Below, piece by piece: positions 38,556 to 47,809 of a stretch of DNA of 64,000 bases; the first letter of the stretch is position 1, and every line of letters starts with the position of its first letter. The notes under the pieces are model-generated. The model did no database searches. It was not told the DNA's origin and saw only the letters and a list, made by a program, of their open reading frames with translations. The stretch lies in assembly GCA_013288985.1 (NCBI GenBank), contig JABDAT010000003.1, positions 4,183 to 68,182 of the forward strand, written 5' to 3'. Position numbers and translations under genes: made by a program. The stretch comes from Alphaproteobacteria bacterium (lineage in GTDB: Bacteria > Pseudomonadota > Alphaproteobacteria > Rickettsiales > JABCZZ01).

Positions 38556-39373
38556 GCACCCTCGCTGCCCCATTCAGCCCAAGAGCCGTCATATACGGCA
38601 ACCTGCGTCTGGCCCAACTCATACAAGGCAAGCGCCAGGATGCAGGCGGTGACACCGGAGCCGCAGCTAGCGGCAATGGGCTTGCTATAGTCAATATTCT
38701 TACCGGCAAATAATACTTTCAGTTCCGCATTGGATTTAAGCATATTATAGGGCGGCATTAGGCATTCTTTATAATGGACATTCACGCTGCCTGTAATATG
38801 GCCGCTCGCAAGCCCAGGGCGCGGTTCGGGTTCGCTGCCGTCAAACCGGCCTTTGGAACGGGCATCTATCAGTTGTTCGCGTTGTTCTTTGACGTTGGCG
38901 CGCACCTGATCCAGCGAGCGTAAAAGTTCGGGGCGAAAAGTCGTTTTGAAAGATGCGGCTTTATGAGAAGGGCTGCCTGATTCAATTGGTCTGTCTTCCG
39001 CTTGCCATTTTGGCAGGCCGCCATTTAGCACTTTAATATTGTCATGGCCAAAAATACGGAACATCCACCAGACACGCGCGGTGCTGAATAATCCATTGCT
39101 GTCATAGACGACGATTTCATGATTATTGCCGATACCTAATTTTGCGACGGCATCGGCAAACGTATCAGCGTTGGGCAACATATGAGGGTAGGGGCTTTTG
39201 CTATCGCTTATGGCGTCAATATCAAAAAACACGGCGCCGGGAATATGCGCGGTCTTATATTCTTCGTAAGCATTACGCTTTTCCGAAGGCATATGCCAGG
39301 AAGCATCGATAATGCTGAGATGGGGAGAACCCAGTTTCCCTGCAAGTGCATCAGTGGAAACGAGCGCAGTCAT
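38552..39373 (-). CDS. sseA: 3-mercaptopyruvate sulfurtransferase (tandem rhodanese)
   Basis: Two rhodanese domains. Active-site CGSGVTA, and HIPGA in domain 1. Confidence 0.85.
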   Translation of the reverse strand: MTALVSTDALAGKLGSPHLSIIDASWHMPSEKRNAYEEYKTAHIPGAVFFDIDAISDSKSPYPHMLPNADTFADAVAKLGIGNNHEIVVYDSNGLFSTARVWWMFRIFGHDNIKVLNGGLPKWQAEDRPIESGSPSHKAASFKTTFRPELLRSLDQVRANVKEQREQLIDARSKGRFDGSEPEPRPGLASGHITGSVNVHYKECLMPPYNMLKSNAELKVLFAGKNIDYSKPIAASCGSGVTACILALALYELGQTQVAVYDGSWAEWGSEGA

Positions 39374-39376
39374 GGG

Positions 39377-40219
39377 TTAAAAATGGCGGTAGGGGTTTTT
39401 GCCTTTAAGCGAAATATCCCACTCGGCATTAAGGCTCTTATCTTCGTCTTTGGGATCATGCGGCGTTACTTTCGCCATGAGCAGAGGCTGTTGATCGGCA
39501 GGTACTTTGCTCAAGCCCGGATCCTTGGCATTGCGCCAGTCTCCTTCAAAATACATCTGCGTATCAAGCGTCGGGAAATCTTCCTGCACGATATGCACAT
39601 TGATATGCGGCGCGCGGCTGGCACGGGGACCGGGAAAGAGCGTCACGAAGCTATAATGCCCCAGATTGTCGGTAATGGCGCGGCCTGAGCCGGTGAAATG
39701 CGGGTCAGGGCTCACGCGATCGCCTAAGGTTGACTTCACATATTTTCCTGTCGGGTCGGTCTGCCATATATCGACAATGGCGCCGCTTACCGGCACGCAA
39801 TTCTCATCAAGCACCCGGCCGGAAACATACACTAATTCCCCGGGCGCATAGACTGCCTTGCCTGCCGGCAGCGGAAGCTTGTTCGAGGGAATTATCGCCT
39901 CTCTTCCGGGATATTTGCTGTCGCTTTGTGTCACTGCGGCCGTGTGCGCGGCGGTTTTATGGACAGGCTTCTGCACCGCTTTAGCCGGGGTGGCGGAGGG
40001 TTGCGCATCAGAGGGCTTGGCCTTGTGTTTTTTATGCACGGTTTTAACGGCTGCAGTTTTAGAGGTGATGCCTGGAGTGATGTGGCAATTGCATTTGAGA
40101 TATTTATCTTTTGCAACCGGAGGATTGGCAGGGAACCCTGCTTGGGCCAATACGGGAATGAATAATAAAAACGCTATAATTATGCTTCGCATTGCGCACC
40201 CTGGCTTATGATACTTCAT
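39377..40219 (-). CDS. secreted intradiol ring-cleavage dioxygenase-domain protein
   Basis: Signal peptide (MRSIIIAFLLFIPVLAQA; an alternative start is at 40192), then a K/A/P/T-rich linker, then GRVLDENCVPVSGAIVDIWQTDPTGKY...APHINVH, typical of the intradiol dioxygenase fold. Confidence 0.7.
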   Translation of the reverse strand: MKYHKPGCAMRSIIIAFLLFIPVLAQAGFPANPPVAKDKYLKCNCHITPGITSKTAAVKTVHKKHKAKPSDAQPSATPAKAVQKPVHKTAAHTAAVTQSDSKYPGREAIIPSNKLPLPAGKAVYAPGELVYVSGRVLDENCVPVSGAIVDIWQTDPTGKYVKSTLGDRVSPDPHFTGSGRAITDNLGHYSFVTLFPGPRASRAPHINVHIVQEDFPTLDTQMYFEGDWRNAKDPGLSKVPADQQPLLMAKVTPHDPKDEDKSLNAEWDISLKGKNPYRHF

Positions 40220-40234
40220 GAAACAAGCATTGCG

Positions 40235-41113
40235 TTAGTCATGCGTAATGTCAAGCCAGTCGATGATTGTATGAATTTGCACATCGTTAAGCAGTGCGGG
40301 CGCATGGCCGACGCCATCAAATTCTTTGAGAGTTGTGGGTATGGGGCGGTTCAGCATTGCGGCGGCGGTTTCATGCGTCAGGATATCGGATTCCTTGCCG
40401 CGCAGCACTAGAACAGGGCATTGCACTTGGCTCCATGCGGCCGATAAATCAATATCAGCGATGGCATCGGCTTTGCTTGCTGCATCCCTGAAAGGCTGGC
40501 TGATGTCGGGATCGTAGGCAAACGCATAACGCCCGTCCGGCAGCCGGTTAAAACTAATTTCAAACATGAATTGCCACTCCGCTTCCGACGCAATGCCAAA
40601 TGGTCTGAGGATGGATTTAAGATGGCTTAAGGCCTCTTCAGCGTTGGCAAATGGTACTGATGAACCTACATAGCCAAGAATGCGCGTAAGGCCTTGCGCC
40701 GATACGACGGCGCCAATATCATTGAGCACCATGCGTTTGATGCGCTGCGGCTGCTGGGCTGCCAGCATCATGCCGATAATGCCGCCCATGGACGTGCCTA
40801 GCCATGTCACTTTCTCCAGCTTCAACCCATCCAGCAAAGCGCAGCAGTCAGCGATATAGGTAAGATAGTTATAATCGGTCTTGTTAGTGAGCCAGTCGCT
40901 TTTTCCGCGTCCGGCCATATCCATAGCAATGACGCGGTAGCGAGATGCAAGGGCTTCGGCAAGGAAATCAAAATCACGGGCGTTGCGCGACAGGCCATGC
41001 ACGCAGACGATGATGTCGGGATTTTCGACATCGCCCCACTGGTAATATGCCAGATGCCTGGGCCTGGCAGGATTGCCGGGATCGGTAAGCGTAAGGTAAT
41101 GGAGAGTGGACAC
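40235..41113 (-). CDS. alpha/beta-fold hydrolase
   Basis: HG oxyanion region (VCVHGLSRN), nucleophile elbow GTSMGG, and a late GHAP His. Confidence 0.8.
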   Translation of the reverse strand: MSTLHYLTLTDPGNPARPRHLAYYQWGDVENPDIIVCVHGLSRNARDFDFLAEALASRYRVIAMDMAGRGKSDWLTNKTDYNYLTYIADCCALLDGLKLEKVTWLGTSMGGIIGMMLAAQQPQRIKRMVLNDIGAVVSAQGLTRILGYVGSSVPFANAEEALSHLKSILRPFGIASEAEWQFMFEISFNRLPDGRYAFAYDPDISQPFRDAASKADAIADIDLSAAWSQVQCPVLVLRGKESDILTHETAAAMLNRPIPTTLKEFDGVGHAPALLNDVQIHTIIDWLDITHD

Positions 41114-41115
41114 GG

Positions 41116-42363
41116 TTAGTATCTATCCAGCGTCAGCCCGTCGAGGCTGATTTCGGTGTTATGGCCTTCAATCACGTCGGTAATCAGGGCAGCGCTGCCT
41201 GCAGCCTGCGTCCAGCCGAGAGTGCCGTGTCCGGTATTCATGTAGAGGTTGGGATATTTGGTTTTGCCGATGACGGGAGGACCGTCCGGCGTGGAGGGGC
41301 GCAGACACGCCCACTCGCTTAAGGGAGCATCATATTCGCATTTGGGCAGCAGCTCTTTCACGGCGCGCACGATGGGGGCAATGCGCTCCGGGCGTATATC
41401 GGTATTATGTCCTGCGAACTCGGCAGTTCCGGCAACGCGAAGGCGATCGCCCAGGCGGCTGTAGACAATTTTATGCTCGCCGTCCGTCAGGCTCATCTGC
41501 GGGGTATAGTGATTGGTCGGAAAGGTGATGCTGTAGCCTTTCATGGGGTAGATGGGCACGTGAATGCCCAGCGGCTTTAAATAAATCGGGCTGTAAGAAC
41601 CCAGCGACACAATATAGGCGTCAGCCTTGAACACGCCTTTATCGGTAGTGACCGAAGTTATTTTTCCACCTTCCTGATCAATAGAATGTATTGTCGTATT
41701 ATAATGGAAAACAGCTTTGTGTTCTTTTGCGGATAGTTTTGCAAGTTCCTGGGTGAAGATAAATGCATCGCCGCTTTCATCCAGTGGCTGGAATATTCCA
41801 CCGACAATCGGCTTGCCGGCATGTTCAAGCATGGGCTCCAGCTGAATACATTTTTGCGTATTCACGATGTCGGCCCTGCAGCCCAGTTTTTCCTGAAAGC
41901 GCGCCTGTTCGCCTGCATGATCAAAATCTTTTTGCTTTGAAAAGATATGAAGAATGCCCTCGCGGCGATTATCAAATTTAATGCCGCTATAGGAGCGCAG
42001 CTGCTCAAGCTTCTTTTTGCTGTAAAGGCCGAGGCGCAAAAGGCTGACGCTGTTTTTCTGCGTGCGCGCTGCCGTGCAATTCATGATGAATTTGAGGCCC
42101 CAGTTTATCATGTCGAGATCGGCGCGCGGACGAAACACCAGCGGAGCATCGTCTTTAAACATCCACTGTGCGGCTTTGGGAAGTGTGCTGGGGTTGGCCC
42201 AGGGCTCGGCATGGCTGAAGCTCAGCTGACCGCCGTTGGCATAACTTGTCTCGCGCCCGCTTTCACTCTGGCGATCAATGACTTCCACTTCATGTCCACG
42301 CGAGCTCAGAAAATAGGCGGCACTTACGCCGATAACGCCGGAACCAAGAATAAGAATTTTCAC
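41116..42363 (-). CDS. dadA: FAD-dependent D-amino-acid dehydrogenase
   Basis: Collinear with E. coli DadA from memory: MKILILGSGVIGVSAAYFL, YPMKGYS, LRPSTPDGPPVIG and NTGHGTLGWT. Confidence 0.85.
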   Translation of the reverse strand: MKILILGSGVIGVSAAYFLSSRGHEVEVIDRQSESGRETSYANGGQLSFSHAEPWANPSTLPKAAQWMFKDDAPLVFRPRADLDMINWGLKFIMNCTAARTQKNSVSLLRLGLYSKKKLEQLRSYSGIKFDNRREGILHIFSKQKDFDHAGEQARFQEKLGCRADIVNTQKCIQLEPMLEHAGKPIVGGIFQPLDESGDAFIFTQELAKLSAKEHKAVFHYNTTIHSIDQEGGKITSVTTDKGVFKADAYIVSLGSYSPIYLKPLGIHVPIYPMKGYSITFPTNHYTPQMSLTDGEHKIVYSRLGDRLRVAGTAEFAGHNTDIRPERIAPIVRAVKELLPKCEYDAPLSEWACLRPSTPDGPPVIGKTKYPNLYMNTGHGTLGWTQAAGSAALITDVIEGHNTEISLDGLTLDRY

Positions 42364-42456
42364 ATCAACGCCTTATTGCAGATTTATTTTGCGCGATGCT
42401 ATAACAAGTCATCTTTCATCGCAACAAGGTTTGCGATGGGAATCTATTCCACTATT

Positions 42457-44832
42457 TTAATGTACAGTGTATCCTTGCGGCACTGTTATATCCTGGGGTT
42501 GTTTCATTGCATCATGCTGTGCTGCCCAGCTTGGTTGGCGCGGCCTGGTGAGAATGGGGTCGGACGGTTTGCCCGAGGTCGGGCGGGGCACGGATTGTTC
42601 AAGCGATACAGGACCCTCCGCTCTTTTCATCATTTCATGATTTCCCCAGTTCGTGGGAACAGTGGGATTGCGGAGCTCATTATACGTAGGACGCTGGGCT
42701 TTAAGTTGTTCAGTGGTAAAAAGCTTCTTTTTCTCGATGCGGCTTTCCTGTTTATCGTTAAGTTCTTCCGGCACATCATTAAGCTGATGGGCTTCGTTTG
42801 AAGCGCGGGCGCCATAATCCCACATTTTTTGTTTTGCTTCTTCTTCGCGCACTGGATCGGTAAATGGTTCATGGCGGATGGTTCGAAATACCTCACTGCA
42901 GCCTGCTCTGAATTCACCCCAACTAAAATGCGCTGCACCAATCAAGCCGCGCCTGATGCCCATATCCATACGCGGAATATCCCAGAACTCAGACAATATG
43001 TCGGTTTTTAACATGAAATAGGGAGTGTATGCCGTTGCCGCATCGGCATAGGTATGGGAAAATCTTTTGAGCTTATCTAAACGCGGCGTGTCTGTAATGC
43101 CAAGTTTCTCATACATGGGCGCAAGAAAGCCATCATTCAGTTTCTTGCCGAACTGATAGCATTTTAGTCCGATTGGATTAATAAATTTGTCATGCCAGGG
43201 GGCTACTGCACTGTTTTTGTAATAATTGTTAGTTTCATTTGAAAAGGCAGATTCACGGCCCTCTTGAAAGGGATTTGCAATAGAATCAGGATTATTTTTT
43301 ATGGAACGCCAAATATTCCTGTATTCTGCTTTGGTAAGTTCTTCATCCCCTTTTTTGAAAAAGAATTCCTTTCCGCGACGTTCTTTTGATATATTAGGAC
43401 GTTCTGTTGATACCCTCGAACCTGGCTTTACCGCTTTGAATGTATATTTTTTACTATCTTCAGGAGAATTGTCGGGAGCATTTATGCCTGGATCTTCAGC
43501 TTCGCTTTCACGCGTCATCCTTCCCAGAACACCTTTTTCAGCATTGATTGCCAATCCCCTGGTTTTGCTTTGCGAGGTGCGTATCGCTGCAAATGTAAAA
43601 GACGCAGGGATCATATACATCATCGTTTTAATGGTGGTGCTCAACGCATATAAAACGCCATCACCTATCTTGTGCACTCCAGCTCTCAGTATATCGACCC
43701 AGCTCTTGGAAGGATCAAGCGCGGGCAATGCAATCTTGTGATCGCCGTTCTGCCATTGCAGCAGTTTTCTTTCTCCGGTTGTGTAGGCATCACGGAACAT
43801 TTTGGTGCCGACGTTATACCAGCTGAACCTGCTCATCAGATCGAGCATGCCTTCCGCATTGTAATTGCCAATGATGTGGCCATTGCCATCGATTTTATAA
43901 CTGCCGCCGTTAAGGCCTTTATCCGCGTCGTATTTAAATCCCGGGCTGAGCTTATCAAAAAAGTTACGCTGTTTGCGCATGAGGAACACATAAGGGATGG
44001 CTACCGCCATATCTTCACCCGCAGCGTACGTAACGCCTCTGAAAACATTTTTAAGCAAATCCTTGAGGGCTTCGGGGAAAACAATATGGCCATCCTTCAT
44101 CCATTTATCGCGTGCATTGGGATCAAGAAGGCCGATAAAATAGCGCATCATGTAGTCGAAAAAGCTCATAGTGGCAAAGTCGAATGTGACGGCCATGGCT
44201 TCATGCCCCAGGCTGCGTCCCATCACGGCTTGCGTTGTGCCATCGGCAAGTTTAATGACGTTTCCGTAATTGCGGGTGTCGCGGAACAGAGTGAATTTCT
44301 GTGCTCTTACCTCATCGCCCGTGACTGCCTTCACTACCTTCTGGATGCCTTTGCCGGCGGTATTATCGATGAACCGTGTAATATGCTGGAGAACGTTTTC
44401 AGGATCTTTCTGGAGATCGTAATTTCCCAGCTGTTTGCTGCCGTAGATATTGGCAAGAGAATAAAATGCGCAGCCTATGATGCCGCGCGATACACTGCGT
44501 ATGGCCAGCCTGCCTGTGTAGGACTCAGACCATTTGAGATGTTTCTGATGATCGGTATAGTGTACGCTGCCCCAGGCATTACGGAAATCAAGCGGGGTAG
44601 TGGTGGTAACACCAAGCTCTCTGAGCCAGCGTTTATCTTTATCGGCAAAATCAAGCGAGCCATTCACTTTGGAAGCGGGTGGTTTATCGATCGCATCGAT
44701 AAGGCTTTGCTGCACGCCCATATTATCTCCGTACGCGCCAAAACCCGCAGGCTTCGATACCTCCGTGGTGGTCTTGCTGTGCAGCTTCTTATCCAATGTT
44801 GCAGTTGCCACGATTACACTCATTCCAATCAC
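42457..44832 (-). CDS. large orphan protein (791 aa), no recognisable domain
   Basis: A long uninterrupted ORF on the same strand as, and 93 nt upstream of, dadA. It has several hydrophobic or amphipathic stretches and a K/E/R-rich middle and C-terminus. The start is uncertain: GTG at 44832, ATG at 44823, or the ATG at codon 38 preceded by GGAGA. Confidence 0.6.
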   Translation of the reverse strand: MIGMSVIVATATLDKKLHSKTTTEVSKPAGFGAYGDNMGVQQSLIDAIDKPPASKVNGSLDFADKDKRWLRELGVTTTTPLDFRNAWGSVHYTDHQKHLKWSESYTGRLAIRSVSRGIIGCAFYSLANIYGSKQLGNYDLQKDPENVLQHITRFIDNTAGKGIQKVVKAVTGDEVRAQKFTLFRDTRNYGNVIKLADGTTQAVMGRSLGHEAMAVTFDFATMSFFDYMMRYFIGLLDPNARDKWMKDGHIVFPEALKDLLKNVFRGVTYAAGEDMAVAIPYVFLMRKQRNFFDKLSPGFKYDADKGLNGGSYKIDGNGHIIGNYNAEGMLDLMSRFSWYNVGTKMFRDAYTTGERKLLQWQNGDHKIALPALDPSKSWVDILRAGVHKIGDGVLYALSTTIKTMMYMIPASFTFAAIRTSQSKTRGLAINAEKGVLGRMTRESEAEDPGINAPDNSPEDSKKYTFKAVKPGSRVSTERPNISKERRGKEFFFKKGDEELTKAEYRNIWRSIKNNPDSIANPFQEGRESAFSNETNNYYKNSAVAPWHDKFINPIGLKCYQFGKKLNDGFLAPMYEKLGITDTPRLDKLKRFSHTYADAATAYTPYFMLKTDILSEFWDIPRMDMGIRRGLIGAAHFSWGEFRAGCSEVFRTIRHEPFTDPVREEEAKQKMWDYGARASNEAHQLNDVPEELNDKQESRIEKKKLFTTEQLKAQRPTYNELRNPTVPTNWGNHEMMKRAEGPVSLEQSVPRPTSGKPSDPILTRPRQPSWAAQHDAMKQPQDITVPQGYTVH

Positions 44833-44987
44833 TATAAGACACAGTACACCTACTATATCCCATCTAAACTATAACATCTCATGCTGAAATTGCGCATGAA
44901 ACTTTTGTTACAATGTCATATATTTCCGTAGGTTAACACAAGGTTAATGCCGGACAGCCTTTTTGATTAACATGCTGTAATATATTA

Positions 44988-45785
44988 TTATATTTCCAGC
45001 TCTGTGATGACGGGCACATGATCGGATGGACTTTCCCATCCACGCGTTTCACGCAAGATGACCGAAGATTTAAGGCTGGGCAGTAATTCAGGCGTAATCC
45101 AGATGTGATCGAGCCTGCGTCCGCGATTGGATTTTTGCCAGTCCTGATTGCGGTAGCTCCACCAGCTATAGAGCTTTTCTGAATGCGGTACAAAATGGCG
45201 CGAAGTGTCAACCCAGTCGAGGGTTTTCTGCAATCTATTCAGCAGATCCGTTTCGACAGGCGTATGGCTTACCACATTTAAAAGCTGCTTATGGGACCAT
45301 ACATCATGCTCAAGAGGAGCGATATTGAGATCGCCCAATAATATCATGCGCTTTTTCTTTTTATGCGCTGCTTTTGACCACTCCACAAGCGCGTCAAAAG
45401 AGCGTAATTTAAAATCAAATTTATCATTGAGGAGGCGATCGGGAATATCACCTCCCGCTGGCATATAAAAATTATGAATTTCAGTTCCGTCTTTTAATTT
45501 TGCGCTGATATGGCGCTTGTGATCGCTGTCCACCAGGTTCATGCTTGTCACGTCATAAAGCGGAACGCGCGAGAGAATCGCTACGCCATTATAACTCTTC
45601 TGGCCGGTGAAATAAACATACTGAAATCCAAGTTTTTTGATTTCTTCCACGGGGAATAAAGCGTCTTCCACCTTGGTTTCCTGCAGGCAGAGTATATCGG
45701 GCTTAGCCTCTTTCACGATCCGTTTGAGGATGGGCAGGCGAATGCGGATGGAGTTAATATTATAGGTGGCGATGCGCAGTGTCAT
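44988..45785 (-). CDS. xthA: exodeoxyribonuclease III
   Basis: ATYNINSIR, CLQETK, a SDHKR... block, and a C-terminal SDHVPV. Confidence 0.9.
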   Translation of the reverse strand: MTLRIATYNINSIRIRLPILKRIVKEAKPDILCLQETKVEDALFPVEEIKKLGFQYVYFTGQKSYNGVAILSRVPLYDVTSMNLVDSDHKRHISAKLKDGTEIHNFYMPAGGDIPDRLLNDKFDFKLRSFDALVEWSKAAHKKKKRMILLGDLNIAPLEHDVWSHKQLLNVVSHTPVETDLLNRLQKTLDWVDTSRHFVPHSEKLYSWWSYRNQDWQKSNRGRRLDHIWITPELLPSLKSSVILRETRGWESPSDHVPVITELEI

Positions 45786-45877
45786 AATTTATTGCATAAT
45801 ATTCTGTTGCGGGCGGGCAAAATAATGTAGAAAATAACCATAATAACATGCCCTAACATTAATTCTCCTGCCATGCC

Positions 45878-46315
45878 ATGAAATATGCATTCCTGATTGT
45901 AGTTATTGCACTTGTCTTGAGGGTAGGGGGGGCCTGTGCGGAAGAGGAAGGCGGCCATGAACATAAGGCAAAACCGCCTGATAAGCCAAGGCCCGACTCC
46001 GCTATCAGCTCCGTGCTCCAGCTGCCCATCGTGAAAGGATGGCAAAAATGGCTGTTGTCTGAAAAACATAGCGCCCTTACCGCTTGGGGCGAGGAGGTGA
46101 AGGAGATGGACGGGCATAAATGCTGGGATATAGCGGTGGGCGTAGAGACGGCTGACGGCGTGCATGTCTGGCGGCGTTTTTGCGTCATGCAGTCGGGCAT
46201 TGAGATATTTGTGGAAAGCATTCCTACTGATCCTCTGGACGAAATCCATTACATCACGTATGACGATTGGCTCAAACATTGCAACCCAACCTATAATTCG
46301 CCCGGAACTTGTTAA
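45878..46315 (+). CDS. secreted hypothetical protein
   Basis: Signal peptide MKYAFLIVVIALVLRVGGACA. Co-directional with lpdA and ends 8 nt before it. No family recognised. Confidence 0.5.
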   Translation: MKYAFLIVVIALVLRVGGACAEEEGGHEHKAKPPDKPRPDSAISSVLQLPIVKGWQKWLLSEKHSALTAWGEEVKEMDGHKCWDIAVGVETADGVHVWRRFCVMQSGIEIFVESIPTDPLDEIHYITYDDWLKHCNPTYNSPGTC

Positions 46316-46323
46316 GGAACTCT

Positions 46324-47724
46324 ATGACTGAAAATAATTTTGATATCGTTATCATCGGCGGCGGCCCTGGCGGCTACGTTACGGCCATTCGCGCATCGCA
46401 GCTTGGTCTCAAGACGGCTCTTGTGGAGCGCGAGCACCTGGGCGGCATATGCCTTAACTGGGGATGTATTCCTACCAAGGCGCTGCTGCGCTCGTCAGAG
46501 ATAAACCATCTTTTGCAGCATGCCGACCAGTTTGGCTTTAAAGTTTCAGGCGTGTCGTTTGATCTGGATAAAGTGGTAAAGCGTTCGCGTGACGTTTCCG
46601 CCCAGCTTACGCGCGGTGTGGGCATGCTCATGAAAAAGAACAAAGTCACGGTGTTTGACGGCCACGGCAAGCTTGCCGGTAAAGGCAAGGTGAAGGTGGA
46701 AAAGGACGGCAAGCTGGTGGCTGAACTTTCAGCCAAAAATATTATTCTGGCAACCGGCGCGCGTGCGCGGTCATTGCCCGGCCTTGAACCGGATGGCAAA
46801 TTGGTGTGGACATATAAAGAAGCTATGATTCCAGATGTCATGCCAAAATCCATGCTGGTCGTGGGTTCGGGCGCAATCGGCATTGAGTTTGCGAGCTTCT
46901 ACCGCAATATGGGTGCGGAAGTGACGGTGGTGGAAGTGATGGATCGCATCCTGCCGGTGGAAGATGAAGAAATATCCAAATTCGCTCACAAGCAGTTTGA
47001 AAAACAAGGCATGAAGATTCTCACCGCCACGCAGGTGAAGGCACTGAAGAAAGGCAAGAATAACGTTACTGCCACGCTGGAGACAGGCGGCAAAACGTCG
47101 GAAATCATCGTGGATCGCGTGGTGCTCGCAGTGGGTATTGTCGGCAATACCGAAAATCTCGGACTTGAGAATACCAAAATTAAAGTCGATAAAACCCATA
47201 TCGTCATTGATAAATGGTGCGCTACCGGTGAACCCGGTATCTATGCCATCGGCGATCTGGCCGGTCCGCCCTGGCTTGCGCATAAAGCCTCGCATGAAGG
47301 AGTGATTTGTGTCGAGAAAATCGCCGGCGTAAAAGACGTGCATCCGCTCAATACCAAGAACATTCCCGGTTGCACGTACTGCATGCCGCAGGTGGCAAGC
47401 GTCGGCATGACCGAGAAAGCCGCTAAAGATGCAGGATTTACAGTGAAAGTCGGCCGATTCCCGTTCATCGGCAATGGCAAGGCGATTGCGCTGGGTGAGC
47501 CCGAAGGATTAGTCAAGACAGTGTTCGACGCCAAAACCGGCGAGCTGTTAGGCGCGCATATGGTGGGAGCTGAAGTGACCGAAATGATCCAGGGCTACGC
47601 CATAGCGCGCACATTGGAAGCTACGGAAATTGAGCTAATGCACACTGTGTTTCCGCATCCGACCTTATCGGAGATGATGCATGAATCGGTGCTCGATGCC
47701 TTCGGCCGCGTGATTCATATGTAG
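46324..47724 (+). CDS. lpdA: dihydrolipoyl dehydrogenase (E3)
   Basis: GGGPGGY, redox disulfide CLNWGCIPTK, and a C-terminal HPTLSE block. Confidence 0.92.
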   Translation: MTENNFDIVIIGGGPGGYVTAIRASQLGLKTALVEREHLGGICLNWGCIPTKALLRSSEINHLLQHADQFGFKVSGVSFDLDKVVKRSRDVSAQLTRGVGMLMKKNKVTVFDGHGKLAGKGKVKVEKDGKLVAELSAKNIILATGARARSLPGLEPDGKLVWTYKEAMIPDVMPKSMLVVGSGAIGIEFASFYRNMGAEVTVVEVMDRILPVEDEEISKFAHKQFEKQGMKILTATQVKALKKGKNNVTATLETGGKTSEIIVDRVVLAVGIVGNTENLGLENTKIKVDKTHIVIDKWCATGEPGIYAIGDLAGPPWLAHKASHEGVICVEKIAGVKDVHPLNTKNIPGCTYCMPQVASVGMTEKAAKDAGFTVKVGRFPFIGNGKAIALGEPEGLVKTVFDAKTGELLGAHMVGAEVTEMIQGYAIARTLEATEIELMHTVFPHPTLSEMMHESVLDAFGRVIHM

Positions 47725-47774
47725 GATGCAATAGTTTAGATTTTCTATCGGTTCTTTAGATTTTCTTAATCTTC

Positions 47775-47809
47775 TCCTCTGATAATATCCTCATGAAATT
47801 ATCAGAGGA
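47775..47809 (+). promoter_or_regulatory. 12-bp perfect inverted repeat enclosing the start codon of the 299-aa ORF
   Basis: tcctctgataat (47775-47786) pairs with attatcagagga (47798-47809). The 11-nt loop atcctcATGaa contains the ATG at 47793. Confidence 0.5.

Noticed and set aside
43672-44874. Long antisense ORFs: 400 aa here, and also 35002-36024, 14544-15425, 54660-55595, 41947-42801, 60989-61627 and 51014-51586.
   Set aside because: All lie opposite genes with strong family signatures or much longer ORFs. Their translations are low-complexity and R/A/G/H-rich, typical of shadow frames.
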